From the IMG/VR virus record IMGVR_UViG_3300005466_000029, positions 1,628 through 65,627 of that record: a DNA stretch of 64,000 nt, one strand, 5' to 3'. The notes below the pieces were generated by a model. The model was not told the DNA's origin, made no database searches, and saw only the letters and a list, made by a program, of their open reading frames with translations. This DNA is from a virus. Lineage: Duplodnaviria > Caudoviricetes. Made by a program: the position numbers and the translations under genes. This document shows, one piece after another, positions 9,405 through 18,820 of the stretch; the first letter of the stretch is position 1, and every line of letters begins with the position of its first letter.

Positions 9405-9864
9405 TGCCCAGTGCCTCCCAACTGGCCACGACGCGCTTGAGCCGGGCCAGCTCCTTGTTCAGGCGCGCGTCCGCCAGGGCCAGGATATGCTCCGGCTGAG
9501 GCAGCACGATCTCGATCTTCTTGTTGGTGCCGCGCCGAAGCTCGCGGATGACGAGGTTGATGTCCCAGTTCTGGATCTCCTCATCGTACGCCACCTCGTT
9601 GAGCCGCTGGCCCCAGACGGACCACCAGGTGTGGTCCGCTGTCGGAGTGATGCGCAGGCTCCATCCGTTGGCCTCCCAGGTACCCAGCCACGACCACGTC
9701 CGATGGCTGCGGCACAGCATCACTCCGGTGGCGGGGTCCTTGTCGTAGGCGAAGGCTTCCTCCGTGCAGCCCTCCATGCCACACGTTCCCCGCGGCCACA
9801 CCAGCTCGGGGCGCCCGGGCTGCGCGGGGCGGTCCATCGGGTCCTGATACTTCGGCTCACTCAT
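9379..9864 (-). CDS. hypothetical protein with CxxxxC...CxxH zinc-finger-like motif
   Basis: MSEPKYQ..., ATGA coupling. Confidence 0.6.
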   Translation of the reverse strand: MSEPKYQDPMDRPAQPGRPELVWPRGTCGMEGCTEEAFAYDKDPATGVMLCRSHRTWSWLGTWEANGWSLRITPTADHTWWSVWGQRLNEVAYDEEIQNWDINLVIRELRRGTNKKIEIVLPQPEHILALADARLNKELARLKRVVASWEALGNAGQRPGR

Positions 9865-10094
9865 CGGTGCAGCCTCGTCTCGTTCTCGAAGGTACGGTCC
9901 ACGCTCAGGTCTTCCGGCGTTGCCTGGTTCCTGGTGTGGCCGCACACCTGCGCCTTACGAGCCTGGATGTACTGCGCCTGCGCAGCTTCCTGCTCGGCCC
10001 GAAATGCCGTGCGCCGTTCGCCCCAGCCGAGCGGAGCTCCGTAGTCCGCCCCGCAGTCAGCGCATGCGAACGCGGGAACGATGTGGTTGCACAT
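9861..10094 (-). CDS. hypothetical Cys/His protein
   Basis: 77 aa, AAAGG RBS. Confidence 0.5.
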   Translation of the reverse strand: MCNHIVPAFACADCGADYGAPLGWGERRTAFRAEQEAAQAQYIQARKAQVCGHTRNQATPEDLSVDRTFENETRLHR

Positions 10095-10478
10095 TTAACG
10101 ATCGCCTTTCTGCCTGTCCGGAATGTGCTGCACCGTTGTCCTGATGATCACAGTGCCACCGGAGACCCGAACCACCTGCTGCTGAAGCGTAACTTGCGTT
10201 ACGTGCTGCAACTCTTCGAGAGACCTTCCTATTGCGCGCGCCAGGTCGCTCTCCGGGATCTCGAACTCGATCTGGCCGCCTACCCGCCCCAGGGGCGCGC
10301 CAGGCTCTGCGTCGGCAAACGCCATCTCTTCGCTGCCCTCCCAGGGCTCGGCTACCGCTCCCACCTTCAGGCAGTCGCTGGCGTGCTGCTCCCACCTCGC
10401 CGACAGGCAGCAGTCTCGGAACATGGACTCAGTCATTCTGCAGCGGCCTATCCTTGCGACCCTGCGCTCGAATGGCAT
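10095..10478 (-). CDS. hypothetical protein
   Basis: 127-aa ORF; start uncertain. Confidence 0.5.
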   Translation of the reverse strand: MPFERRVARIGRCRMTESMFRDCCLSARWEQHASDCLKVGAVAEPWEGSEEMAFADAEPGAPLGRVGGQIEFEIPESDLARAIGRSLEELQHVTQVTLQQQVVRVSGGTVIIRTTVQHIPDRQKGDR

Positions 10479-10639
10479 CAGCCACCGACTCCGGGGTTGA
10501 GCTCGCGTCGTCCGTGTCCGTCAGGTACGTCAGCATCAGCTGCTCCGTCGCCGAGTCCGAGACCTTGTGCGGCTCCGGCTGAATGAGACCCGGGTAACCA
10601 CCGAACTCACTGCCGCCTCGAGGATATGTCACACTAACC

Positions 10640-10825
10640 ACCTAACCCTTTTCACCAGTTACCTGCTAGTTCTATCTCTGACGAGATGAAATGAACTATA
10701 CCCCCTGCCCTATTCATCAAACTACGAAACCATCAAACAAGGGGTCCCTAGGAGGAGTTATAAGGAGATAGAGATAGAGATAGATAGAACTTACTTACTC
10801 GTTTTTGGCTTTTGTTTTTCTTCAT
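10640..10825. repeat. AT-rich stretch with tandem GAGATA repeats
   Basis: ggagatagagatagagatagatagaacttacttac and T-tracts in a high-GC genome. Confidence 0.7.
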
Positions 10826-11456
10826 CGTGTAACCACGGCATTTTCGATTCGATGAACTGCAACCACTGCGGGTCCGCGGCCCGGCGCAGGTACAGCGCGC
10901 CATACCGCGTAGCGTCCCGCTGATGTTCACCTTCTGCTCCAGCCACTCCCGACCACAGATTGAACATGCGCAGGCGATGGTCCGTGAAGGTGTTCATCGC
11001 GTCGGGTATGCCCGCCAACACCCAGGGGAAGGGGGCCCGCCACGAGAGCATCCGAAACATGGCCTGGATGCGCACCGGGGACAGCACCGAAGCGTCATCA
11101 CCGATCATTCGAGACTTGTAGTCCTCACCCACCACAATGAACAGATCCGACTCAGCCCCCAGAGCAAACTCCCCTCCCCCGTGCATCCAGGTGCCGCGGA
11201 CGAGGGCCATCATCAGCTCGGCTTGCCAGGGCTCGCTGCCCTTGAAGCTGCCCGCACGCCAGGCGAAGACGCTGGGGTCCGCCGCCGCCAACGCCACACC
11301 CCGCAGCCCGGCCGTCCGCAGCTCATCCAGCGCGACCCGACACACGAACCAGCCAGTAGTCCAGCCCGGGTCGAAGGCCACAATGAACAGACGCTGCACG
11401 TCCGTCAAAGGCTCGTCGAATCCGGGCCGGATGACGCGAGGGGACTCGGGGATCAC
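10791..11456 (-). CDS. RuvC-like Holliday junction resolvase
   Basis: IVAFDPGWTTGW first acidic motif, central E, C-terminal HQRDA. Confidence 0.75.
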   Translation of the reverse strand: MIPESPRVIRPGFDEPLTDVQRLFIVAFDPGWTTGWFVCRVALDELRTAGLRGVALAAADPSVFAWRAGSFKGSEPWQAELMMALVRGTWMHGGGEFALGAESDLFIVVGEDYKSRMIGDDASVLSPVRIQAMFRMLSWRAPFPWVLAGIPDAMNTFTDHRLRMFNLWSGVAGAEGEHQRDATRYGALYLRRAADPQWLQFIESKMPWLHDEEKQKPKTSK

Positions 11457-11680
11457 CCACCGCCCCCTTCGATCCTAGTTAGGTCGAGGTAGCCCCACTG
11501 CCCCAGCACCTCCAGGGTTTCCCGGACGGCTGCGGCCAGGCTGGGAGTTCGCTCCGGGCAGCAGCCGTACGTCGCGCGCTTACGGTTGCGGCAGAAGAGG
11601 CCATGCGAGAGAGGGCTCATCATCCCCTCGAGACGGGCCTGCACCTCCCGCTCCACTTCTTCGCTGTCGCGGCTAGTCAT
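11453..11680 (-). CDS. hypothetical protein
   Basis: 75-aa coupled ORF. Confidence 0.55.
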   Translation of the reverse strand: MTSRDSEEVEREVQARLEGMMSPLSHGLFCRNRKRATYGCCPERTPSLAAAVRETLEVLGQWGYLDLTRIEGGGG

Positions 11681-12170
11681 CGCGGTCCCCGCGGGGGAGG
11701 GTCTGGTCCTCCGGGTCGATGCGGCGGAACTCGCTACCGATCTCGGGGTGCGTCGGGGGTTCCGCAGCCGCCAGCGGCAGCCAGTTGCCCGCGACCCCCA
11801 TCACCTCGTACACCTCGGCCCCCTCGGCAGTCCCACGGGCCCGCACAGCCCCAGGCAGCGGCAGGGGGTGAGCCGGGCACGGCTCGGGGAAGGCCATCAT
11901 GCCGCGCTTGCAGCACCAGTCCGCCGGGCGCACGTCGCTGAACAACCCGGCCAGGTCCTCCATGACCCGCAGCCAGCTGTTCAGCACCGCCTCCACGTCG
12001 CTACCGGTCAGCGGCAGGCCACACTCCGCGGGCACCGCAGCCGCGAAGTTTCGATAGCCCTGTAACAGGGCGGTATGCCAGGCGCGGCAGACCTCTCGCG
12101 CACCCGGGCTGAACGCGCGCACCATCTGCGCCATGCGCGGGTAGTTGTCATACCTCTTGCTCGAGCTCAT
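11673..12170 (-). CDS. hypothetical protein
   Basis: MSSSKRYDNY...; tiles the operon. Confidence 0.55.
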   Translation of the reverse strand: MSSSKRYDNYPRMAQMVRAFSPGAREVCRAWHTALLQGYRNFAAAVPAECGLPLTGSDVEAVLNSWLRVMEDLAGLFSDVRPADWCCKRGMMAFPEPCPAHPLPLPGAVRARGTAEGAEVYEVMGVAGNWLPLAAAEPPTHPEIGSEFRRIDPEDQTLPRGDRDD

Positions 12171-12480
12171 CGATGATCCCTTGCAGGTAGTTGCGGATGA
12201 TTCGATAGTTCTTTCCGCCAGAGATGCGCTCCAGCACTTCGTCGATGTCGGCGACGCAGTCCCGCAGCTTGAGAGCCACACCGACCGCCCACGCCTTGTG
12301 GTGCGCCTGCAATGCCGCCTGGCGCTTGTGGTGGGCGACGCCCAGCTTGCGCGCGTCCTTCGACCACTGCTCCAGTCGCTCAGCGGTGGTCAGACGGAGC
12401 TCTGCCTGCATCAGCCGCGCTTCCGCCATCAGTGCGATGCTGAGCTGCTCGGCACTGGTCTCAGTAGTCATGCTGCTCAC
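12148..12480 (-). CDS. hypothetical coiled-coil protein
   Basis: 110-aa ORF. Confidence 0.6.
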   Translation of the reverse strand: MSSMTTETSAEQLSIALMAEARLMQAELRLTTAERLEQWSKDARKLGVAHHKRQAALQAHHKAWAVGVALKLRDCVADIDEVLERISGGKNYRIIRNYLQGIIDELEQEV

Positions 12481-12814
12481 CCCGGGCGTACCGGGCGTCC
12501 CACACCTGTTGCTGGCGCATGCGAGCTTCCCGCTGAGCCTGCTGGATCCGCGGATCGCGAGTGGCCTCCACGATCTGCGAGAGGGTCAGCCAGTCCAGGT
12601 CCCGGCGGTAGGCCTCCTCCGCCAGCTTCACCAGCCGCTCCGCGGCGCCGGCAGACCGGTTGGCCCGGGCCAGCAGCCACAGCATCAGCGTGCATCCGGC
12701 GTTGACACCCACCAGCGGCAGAGCGACCCAGGCCTGGTTGATCAGGATCAGTGCCAGGGAGCTCAGGGTGGTGATGAGCAGCGCCAGCACACCCCACGTC
12801 AGGAACCTGGTCAT
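12461..12814 (-). CDS. membrane protein
   Basis: MTRFLTWGVL... with two hydrophobic helices. Confidence 0.6.
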   Translation of the reverse strand: MTRFLTWGVLALLITTLSSLALILINQAWVALPLVGVNAGCTLMLWLLARANRSAGAAERLVKLAEEAYRRDLDWLTLSQIVEATRDPRIQQAQREARMRQQQVWDARYARGEQHDY

Positions 12815-13038
12815 GGCATTCCCTGGTAGCGCGGCACTGCGTTCCGCCACTGCTCCGAGACAAAGTGCCGTAGCCGCAACCACGACTCCTCCGCTGGCCA
12901 CGCCACTGCCTCCACGGCAATGCGTGCCTTTGCCCGCCAGCCGCGCGTGAGCGTTCGGCCGCAGGAGAGGTTCTCCCCCAACGCGAACGATGCGGCTATG
13001 ACGTACAACACGGCCGTAGCCCACAACATCTCCAGCAT
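12811..13038 (-). CDS. small membrane protein
   Basis: 75 aa, AAGGAGG RBS. Confidence 0.5.
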   Translation of the reverse strand: MLEMLWATAVLYVIAASFALGENLSCGRTLTRGWRAKARIAVEAVAWPAEESWLRLRHFVSEQWRNAVPRYQGMP

Positions 13039-13041
13039 CTC

Positions 13042-13941
13042 TCAGTCCTCCTTGCCGTTAAACACGATTCCGCCGCGCCCGTCCAGCTCCACGGGGTGGT
13101 CCCCCTGCGGCAACATGGCCAGGTGCAGCGCTGAGCTTCTCGTGGCCATGTGATAGGCCAATGTGAACGGACAGGTCTCCCCGTCCTCCGGGTGTAGGCA
13201 GTTGTGGTGCTGCATGCTCACCGTGCTACCCGTCACCCGCAGTGAGTGGCTTGGCTGCGGTCGAGGGGCGGGGGAGGTGGCGTCATCCTCGGTCCAGAAG
13301 GCGATCTCTTCGCGCGCCACCCGGGCCGCCTCGTCGTAGATCTTCAGCACCAGCAGCGACCCCGCGTCCAGCCACTGCATGAGCTGCGCGCGCTGGCGCG
13401 TCACCATGGCGTCGAACTGATCCCGGGTCACGCGCTCCCGGCGCAGCCCCACGCCACCGCCGATGAGATGCACCAGCTTCGGCAGGATCTTGTCCACCGC
13501 CCGGACGAACCTGGCCTCCCGGCAGGCCTGCTGTTCGTACGTGCGGACCCAGGTGGCGATCCACGGCAGCATCCCGCGGAACATGGCGGCCAGCCGCACG
13601 GCACCCATCCACTCGCGGTGCTCCTTTTCGGCCTGCTGCTCCGGGGTGATGCGCAGGGTCGGTGTGTCGCCAGCGAAGACCTCCGGCATGTCGTGCACGA
13701 CCGCGAACTGGCACACCTTGCCGACGTTCAGGTACTCGTAGCCGTGCTGGTCGTTGACGAGGTCTGCGAACGCTGGCGCCAGCCAGGCCAGCATGACCGT
13801 GTGGTCGGTGTCGCTTTCCGGTGCGCCACCCGGGTGGCACACGCCGGTACGGTCGATGCGACCGAACTCCAGTGCGAGCCCGGCCGCCTTCACCGCAGCG
13901 CTGTAGGTCTCTCTCACTCGATCGTCGTCGAAGTGGTTCAT
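13042..13941 (-). CDS. HD-domain phosphohydrolase (YfbR/5'-deoxynucleotidase-like) with C-terminal extension
   Basis: R...ESDTDH...HDMPEVFAGDTPT...DK motifs. Confidence 0.85.
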   Translation of the reverse strand: MNHFDDDRVRETYSAAVKAAGLALEFGRIDRTGVCHPGGAPESDTDHTVMLAWLAPAFADLVNDQHGYEYLNVGKVCQFAVVHDMPEVFAGDTPTLRITPEQQAEKEHREWMGAVRLAAMFRGMLPWIATWVRTYEQQACREARFVRAVDKILPKLVHLIGGGVGLRRERVTRDQFDAMVTRQRAQLMQWLDAGSLLVLKIYDEAARVAREEIAFWTEDDATSPAPRPQPSHSLRVTGSTVSMQHHNCLHPEDGETCPFTLAYHMATRSSALHLAMLPQGDHPVELDGRGGIVFNGKED

Positions 13942-14024
13942 TGCTGCCTCCGTGGGTGTTACTTCTGCCTGCGCTCAGTCAACCGCATGCCCCGACGCTG
14001 CTGCCAGCGAGACGACCTTCCCGT

Positions 14025-14393
14025 TCAGTGCTGCCCCGGGGCCGCCCCCTCGTCGGCCGTGCGCCCGGCCAGCCGTGCCGCTGGGGCCGTAGACCCACCT
14101 ACCAGGCCAGCCAGGGCGCCAGCGGGGGCACAGGGCAGCACAGCCGAGATGAGCCGCTGAATGGCCGCCTTGTCCCCGCGTGCGATCTTCGCCGCCTTCT
14201 CCGGGTACACCCCGGCGGCCACCAACCGCGCCATGCGCACGCAGACCTCCGCCTCGGCAGCGGTGAACTCGCGCTGCTGGCCGCCCCGCCCCATGCCCGG
14301 GACGAGCTTGAACTTCAACCACCCCTTGTCGCACCAGTTGTTGAGCTGGCGGTACGTGATGTCCGCCTTGCCCATCAGGTCGTAGCCCATCAT
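14025..14393 (-). CDS. MerR-type HTH DNA-binding protein
   Basis: ADITYRQLNNWCDKGWL...REFT. Confidence 0.75.
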   Translation of the reverse strand: MMGYDLMGKADITYRQLNNWCDKGWLKFKLVPGMGRGGQQREFTAAEAEVCVRMARLVAAGVYPEKAAKIARGDKAAIQRLISAVLPCAPAGALAGLVGGSTAPAARLAGRTADEGAAPGQH

Positions 14394-14806
14394 CAGAGCG
14401 TCCTCCGGCTCTTGTACACGCCCGGGCGCTGTGGGGCCACGCCCTGGTTCTCCATGGCCGCCCGCACCCGCCGCGCCAGGTCGACCAGCGTCTCGTCGTG
14501 GTTAGGGTGGTTCTGCCCCAGCAGAATCGCGGTGATCTCTTCGAACTTCTCGATCGTGTGGGCCTGCGCGGTCTCCGTGATGCTGCGGAAAGCATTGGTC
14601 AGATCCGCAGCCTTCGCATCGATGACCGGCTTCAGCTTCAGATCCACCTGGTCCTCGGCCGCCTCCGCCAGCAGGGCGGTCATCTCCGCACCCGCCTGCC
14701 GCAACGCCTTGAGCGTCTCGCGCATGTCTCGCAAGAGTTCGTGCGCCTCCCGAGTGGCCTGCCGCAGCTGGCTTGCCGCTGCCTCCGCCTTGTCCGCTTC
14801 GTTCAT
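14393..14806 (-). CDS. hypothetical coiled-coil protein
   Basis: 137-aa ORF with AAAGG RBS. Confidence 0.65.
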   Translation of the reverse strand: MNEADKAEAAASQLRQATREAHELLRDMRETLKALRQAGAEMTALLAEAAEDQVDLKLKPVIDAKAADLTNAFRSITETAQAHTIEKFEEITAILLGQNHPNHDETLVDLARRVRAAMENQGVAPQRPGVYKSRRTL

Positions 14807-14982
14807 CCGCCTAGCCTTTCTGTTACCTCGAGAACCTTGCCGTAGGCCTCGGCCATCAGCTGCCGCCCCTCTCCGTCACGCAGGTCCGCGGCCAGCCGCT
14901 CCACAATCACGGCCAGAGCCTGCGCTCGCGTCAGCAGCCGCTGCCGGCGGAGTTCGGCCGGGTTAGTCTTCGGCGCGCTCAT
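14803..14982 (-). CDS. hypothetical protein
   Basis: MSAPKTNP..., ATGA overlap. Confidence 0.5.
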   Translation of the reverse strand: MSAPKTNPAELRRQRLLTRAQALAVIVERLAADLRDGEGRQLMAEAYGKVLEVTERLGG

Positions 14983-15191
14983 TCGGGCTCCCTTACTGGT
15001 CCCCGATCCAGGTACAGCTGCATGCACGCCTGGCTGTGGGCCAGCGGACCGGCGTTGTGGATCTCGTAGTTGCCTGCGTGCGCCAGGTCGCAGCTCTGGC
15101 AGCAGTACCGCACGCCGTTGCGCACCTGGTGCAGGCAGACCGGGTTCGCACACTTCTGATAGCCGGGCGCGCTGACCCACAGCCGACTCAT
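14979..15191 (-). CDS. small Cys/His-rich protein
   Basis: CxxxxC...CCxxC...H...C. Confidence 0.55.
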   Translation of the reverse strand: MSRLWVSAPGYQKCANPVCLHQVRNGVRYCCQSCDLAHAGNYEIHNAGPLAHSQACMQLYLDRGPVREPE

Positions 15192-15322
15192 TACTTCCTC
15201 CGGAATAGCAGGCGCAGCACGACCAGCAGGATGAAGATGCCGATGGCCATGCCGATGGGTTGGCCGAAGAAGGCGATCAGGTTGCCGCGGAACTCCTCGT
15301 CCGTAATCGCCACGTCGTTCAT
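15191..15322 (-). CDS. 43-aa membrane peptide (not in the track)
   Basis: MNDVAITDEEFRGNLIAFFGQPIGMAIGIFILLVVLRLLFRRK*, coupled on both sides. Confidence 0.55.
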   Translation of the reverse strand: MNDVAITDEEFRGNLIAFFGQPIGMAIGIFILLVVLRLLFRRK

Positions 15323-16728
15323 CGAGCAGCCCCCGGATTCGCCAGCCATTCGGCAGGGCGGATCGCAGGAATTATGTCGCCATCTTCATGTCGAAACCAC
15401 GGGATCGGAAGGCGCTCCGCCTCCTGCCACGTACGCACGCCGAGCACCTTGTCCTCGTGCCACTCGGACGACGGACGACCGATTGCGGCGTTCGCGTCGA
15501 CCCGCTCCCTGATGTTGCACTTGCGGTCGAAGTTGGCCTTGAACTCGCACTTGCCGGTGAGATAGCACACCGGTCGGAACAGGTCCGCGATGGCCTCGTA
15601 CTGCCAGCGCTCGCTTGTTTCGTAGCAGTGATCAACCGCGAGGGCTGCGTCTTCGTCCGCGAGGTTCACCAGTTGGCGGGAAAGGTTGGCGTACGGGTTG
15701 TAGTTGCGGATGGCCTCGACGATGCGGGTGAACACCAGGCGCCATTCGAACTGGGCCTGCGTGCACAGCCGGTTGCCGCCGTGGTCCAGCAGCCCGCGCA
15801 GGTTGGTGAAGTAGTGCACTCGCGTCAGGATGTTGGTGGGCAGCAGCCCGCGCGCATCCTCCTGCGGCATACCGGAGTCGACGAGGTACTGGTACTTGGA
15901 CTCGGTGTTGGCCACCGCCATGTCCCAGGCCCAGCGCTGGCGCTCCGCTTCGGGCTCGCGCACCATGGCCTCGGCGAGCGCGCGCTCTACTGCTGGGTCG
16001 CCGGAGTCGTACTCGAAGAGCCAGTCGTTGTCGTTCAGTCGGTTGAGGATGTTGCGCTCGTGGTCACGCCACACCCCGGTCGTGCCCGCCAGGCTGGGCG
16101 GCAGCGCGACCGGCAAGCCACCCTCCTGAACCGCGAACCGGTCGGACTGTTGAGCGTAGGCCGCCGTGCGCTGCCGCACGAGCTGGTGGGTGAATGCACG
16201 GGTCACGCCCTCAATCAGGAAGTGTAAGTTGACCGCCTCGAAAGGCATCTGCAGCTTCGTCTTCTTGATCTGCTCGATGTACTCCTTGCGCTCGGCGTGC
16301 GTCACGTCCCGGTAGCTGCGCGCCACCTCGCCCTTGTAGATCTTGCTGGGCGCCGCGATGGCTGCGAGGGGGTCGGGGGTCATCGAGAGCAGGTACACCC
16401 GCGGACCGTCGTCCCTCTCGATCGGCTCGGCCGTGAACATGGCCTGATCCGCCCACTTCTGAACGGTCTTGGTTCCCCCGTCGGGGATGCGACTGGTAGG
16501 CACTGTGCATTGTGGCCTGTGCTCGGTGCCGATCGGCGTACCGCAGCAGGCGCGATCCCCGCTGGCGTCGAGCACTGCACGCCTGCCGGCCTCGGTTGAC
16601 AGGTGCCAGGTATTCCTGCACAGATGCACCTCGCCTCCGGCTTGCATGGCCGGGTGGTGTTCTGGCTTCGGACTCCCGCAGGTTGGGCACTCCTCGTACG
16701 GCTTCTGTACCGTCTTGCCGTCGCTCAT
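15319..16728 (-). CDS. thyX: ThyX-like flavin-dependent thymidylate synthase homologue, divergent
   Basis: PFEAVNLHFLIEGVTRAFTHQLVRQRTAAYAQQSDRF, QEDARGLLP, NLRGL, RLCTQAQFEW; Cys/His-rich N-terminal extension. Confidence 0.8.
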   Translation of the reverse strand: MSDGKTVQKPYEECPTCGSPKPEHHPAMQAGGEVHLCRNTWHLSTEAGRRAVLDASGDRACCGTPIGTEHRPQCTVPTSRIPDGGTKTVQKWADQAMFTAEPIERDDGPRVYLLSMTPDPLAAIAAPSKIYKGEVARSYRDVTHAERKEYIEQIKKTKLQMPFEAVNLHFLIEGVTRAFTHQLVRQRTAAYAQQSDRFAVQEGGLPVALPPSLAGTTGVWRDHERNILNRLNDNDWLFEYDSGDPAVERALAEAMVREPEAERQRWAWDMAVANTESKYQYLVDSGMPQEDARGLLPTNILTRVHYFTNLRGLLDHGGNRLCTQAQFEWRLVFTRIVEAIRNYNPYANLSRQLVNLADEDAALAVDHCYETSERWQYEAIADLFRPVCYLTGKCEFKANFDRKCNIRERVDANAAIGRPSSEWHEDKVLGVRTWQEAERLPIPWFRHEDGDIIPAIRPAEWLANPGAAR

Positions 16729-17072
16729 CGCAGTGCCTCCGAAATGCGTCGCATGGTCTCCTCGACGATTCGCTGCGCCCGCGCAGAGTCGAAAACCCCG
16801 GCGCGTTCGGGGCTCTCCCAGCACATGGACGCTGCGCCCACGGCCTGGCCGATGAACTCCTGGAGAGGCAGGTTCGGGTCGAGGAGCGAATCTTGCTCGG
16901 CCCGAGCCTCCCGAGTGCGAGTGTCCTTCAGCTGCTGGTCGGTGGCCTGCCGCACGAACCCCGGGCAGTCGCAGCCCGGCGCCATGCAGGGTTCGGGCTC
17001 GCCCATACCGGACTCATCGCCCTCGTGGAACACGTAGTTGTGGCGGCAGCCGGACCGCACGCACAGCATCAC
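16725..17072 (-). CDS. hypothetical protein
   Basis: 115 aa with Cys-rich N-terminus. Confidence 0.6.
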   Translation of the reverse strand: MMLCVRSGCRHNYVFHEGDESGMGEPEPCMAPGCDCPGFVRQATDQQLKDTRTREARAEQDSLLDPNLPLQEFIGQAVGAASMCWESPERAGVFDSARAQRIVEETMRRISEALR

Positions 17073-17872
17073 AGCCGCTCCCCTCGCAGGTAGCCCAGCA
17101 CGCGCTCGATCATCCAGTTCGCCCCGCTGTTGAATTCGGGGCGATCATGGCTCCAAGACTGGTTCTCTTTCTGCAATGCGAGCAGCATCTCGACCTGCAC
17201 GTCCGCGACGATGCCGTCGATGCCGGTCTCGCGCTGGAGCAGCTCCTGCCACTTGGAACAGACGTAGCCGAACGCCTGCTCGGCCCGGTCCGCCGCGTCT
17301 GCGTACTCCTGGCGGTCTTCGTACAAAGCGGCCTTCTCCTCCTCGTGCTTCTTCTGGAGTTTCGCCAGCTCCGCGGAGAGCTCGTCGACAGCCTGGGTCT
17401 CCGTGATGGGAGTGAACTTCATGTTGTGTACCGTGCCGAGGAACGTGCGAACCCCCGTGTCCTTGTCGACGAGGAAAGCCTGCCCCTCCGCCTTCGCCTG
17501 GGCCTGCTGCGCTTCAGCGGTCGGTATGTCGCGGAACCAGAAGTAGACCGGGATGCCCATGGCCATCGCCGTGTTGGTGAGGCGCTCCCCTTCCCAGCTG
17601 CCCTCGCCGACCTTGTGCCCGAAGGAGTACAGCGCGTCGCAGCCGAGCAGCTCCTCCACGTAGACCCGCATCCAGCACTCGCGGGTGTGGCCACAGTGAA
17701 CGATGACCGGCAGGTCTCGGTCCGGCATGGGGCACTTACCGGCCCGGGGCTCGAGGTCCTGCGGCACAACGACTTCGTGCCCGCACTTCCGCAGGAACTC
17801 CTCGTGTTGACCGAAGGTCCGAAGGTTGCTGTCTTCGTGTTCGAAGATAGGTCCGATCATGAAGATCTTCAC
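17069..17872 (-). CDS. DUF4406 / nucleoside 2-deoxyribosyltransferase-like protein with C-terminal coiled coil
   Basis: KIFMIGPI...LRKCGHEVVVP...LLGCDALY...E...AMAMGIPVY pattern. Confidence 0.6.
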   Translation of the reverse strand: MKIFMIGPIFEHEDSNLRTFGQHEEFLRKCGHEVVVPQDLEPRAGKCPMPDRDLPVIVHCGHTRECWMRVYVEELLGCDALYSFGHKVGEGSWEGERLTNTAMAMGIPVYFWFRDIPTAEAQQAQAKAEGQAFLVDKDTGVRTFLGTVHNMKFTPITETQAVDELSAELAKLQKKHEEEKAALYEDRQEYADAADRAEQAFGYVCSKWQELLQRETGIDGIVADVQVEMLLALQKENQSWSHDRPEFNSGANWMIERVLGYLRGERL

Positions 17873-18120
17873 TTGTTGACTCCCATCCTGTTGATTCTCC
17901 CAGATCCCTTGCACCGCGGGCAGGTTCGCCGCAGCCGGGACCAGCCCAGGGCCCCCTTACCCTTGCAGGTGTAGCAAGTCTTCTCGGGGAACAGCTTGAC
18001 GCTGCCCACCCAGGCGACCACGACGACGCCCGCCACAACGAGCACCCAGGGCGCCGGCATCGGTATGCCCAGCACGACGACGAGGGCGATCAGCCCTCCG
18101 ATGGTCAGTAGCGGTCCCAT
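17869..18120 (-). CDS. membrane protein with DnaJ-type zinc-finger repeats
   Basis: two TM helices followed by CYTCKGKG and CPRCKGSG. Confidence 0.65.
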   Translation of the reverse strand: MGPLLTIGGLIALVVVLGIPMPAPWVLVVAGVVVVAWVGSVKLFPEKTCYTCKGKGALGWSRLRRTCPRCKGSGRINRMGVNK

Positions 18121-18383
18121 CACATCTCCACGGGTGTCTGCGGAAGGCTGATGCCCCAGGCAGTTGCGATGGCGTCGAGCACATCCAGCGCGCACGTCTC
18201 GTAACCCTCGCGGAACAGCCCGTCGTCTTCGGTGTGCTCGTCCCACGGCATGTCCACCAGGGCAAGAACGGCGGCCACCGACTCAGCGAGCACTGGCTCA
18301 GGCACATAGCGCGCCTGTAGCCGTTCGCCCAGCAGCTCCGCGCACTCATGCACGTGCTCGGTAACTGGCGTGGCATCAGTCAT
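18120..18383 (-). CDS. hypothetical protein
   Basis: TGATG-coupled 87-aa ORF. Confidence 0.55.
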   Translation of the reverse strand: MTDATPVTEHVHECAELLGERLQARYVPEPVLAESVAAVLALVDMPWDEHTEDDGLFREGYETCALDVLDAIATAWGISLPQTPVEM

Positions 18384-18820
18384 CAGATCTCCCGGGCCAG
18401 CCACACGCCGGTCACTCCGAAGGTCTGCCCGGTGAGCAGCAGCTCGCCGGTCTCCATGACGGTGCCCAGGATGCGGAAGACTGCCTCCGGCTCAGTGCTG
18501 GGAGCCGGGGTGTGCTCCGGCACCTCCTTGCCCTGCACGATGCTGGGCAAGGGCGTCACGCTGGCCGAAGAGAGGCTCGCGGTCTCGCGAGGTGTGTAGC
18601 GCCAGAGCTGCCCGCGCAGAAGGGTGTCGATGGAGATGGCGCCCCCGCCCGGCGCCCGGGAGCGTAGGTAGCTGATGGCCTTGCGCACCTCTTCCCCGCT
18701 CAGTTTCGTGGCCGCCATCAACGCGAGGACGTTGATGTCCTTGCCCGGGTTGTCCTTGAAGAACTTCTCCACGAGTCGAGCCTTGCCCGACTCGGGACGC
18801 CCGCGCTTCTTGCCGGTCAT
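18383..18820 (-). CDS. putative winged-helix DNA-binding protein
   Basis: ALMAATKLSGEEVRKAISYL helix pattern. Confidence 0.5.
   Translation of the reverse strand: MTGKKRGRPESGKARLVEKFFKDNPGKDINVLALMAATKLSGEEVRKAISYLRSRAPGGGAISIDTLLRGQLWRYTPRETASLSSASVTPLPSIVQGKEVPEHTPAPSTEPEAVFRILGTVMETGELLLTGQTFGVTGVWLAREI

Noticed and set aside
13042-13941. HD hydrolase as DatZ of a 2-aminoadenine (Z) genome
   Set aside because: No PurZ/adenylosuccinate-synthetase-like gene was recognised in the window
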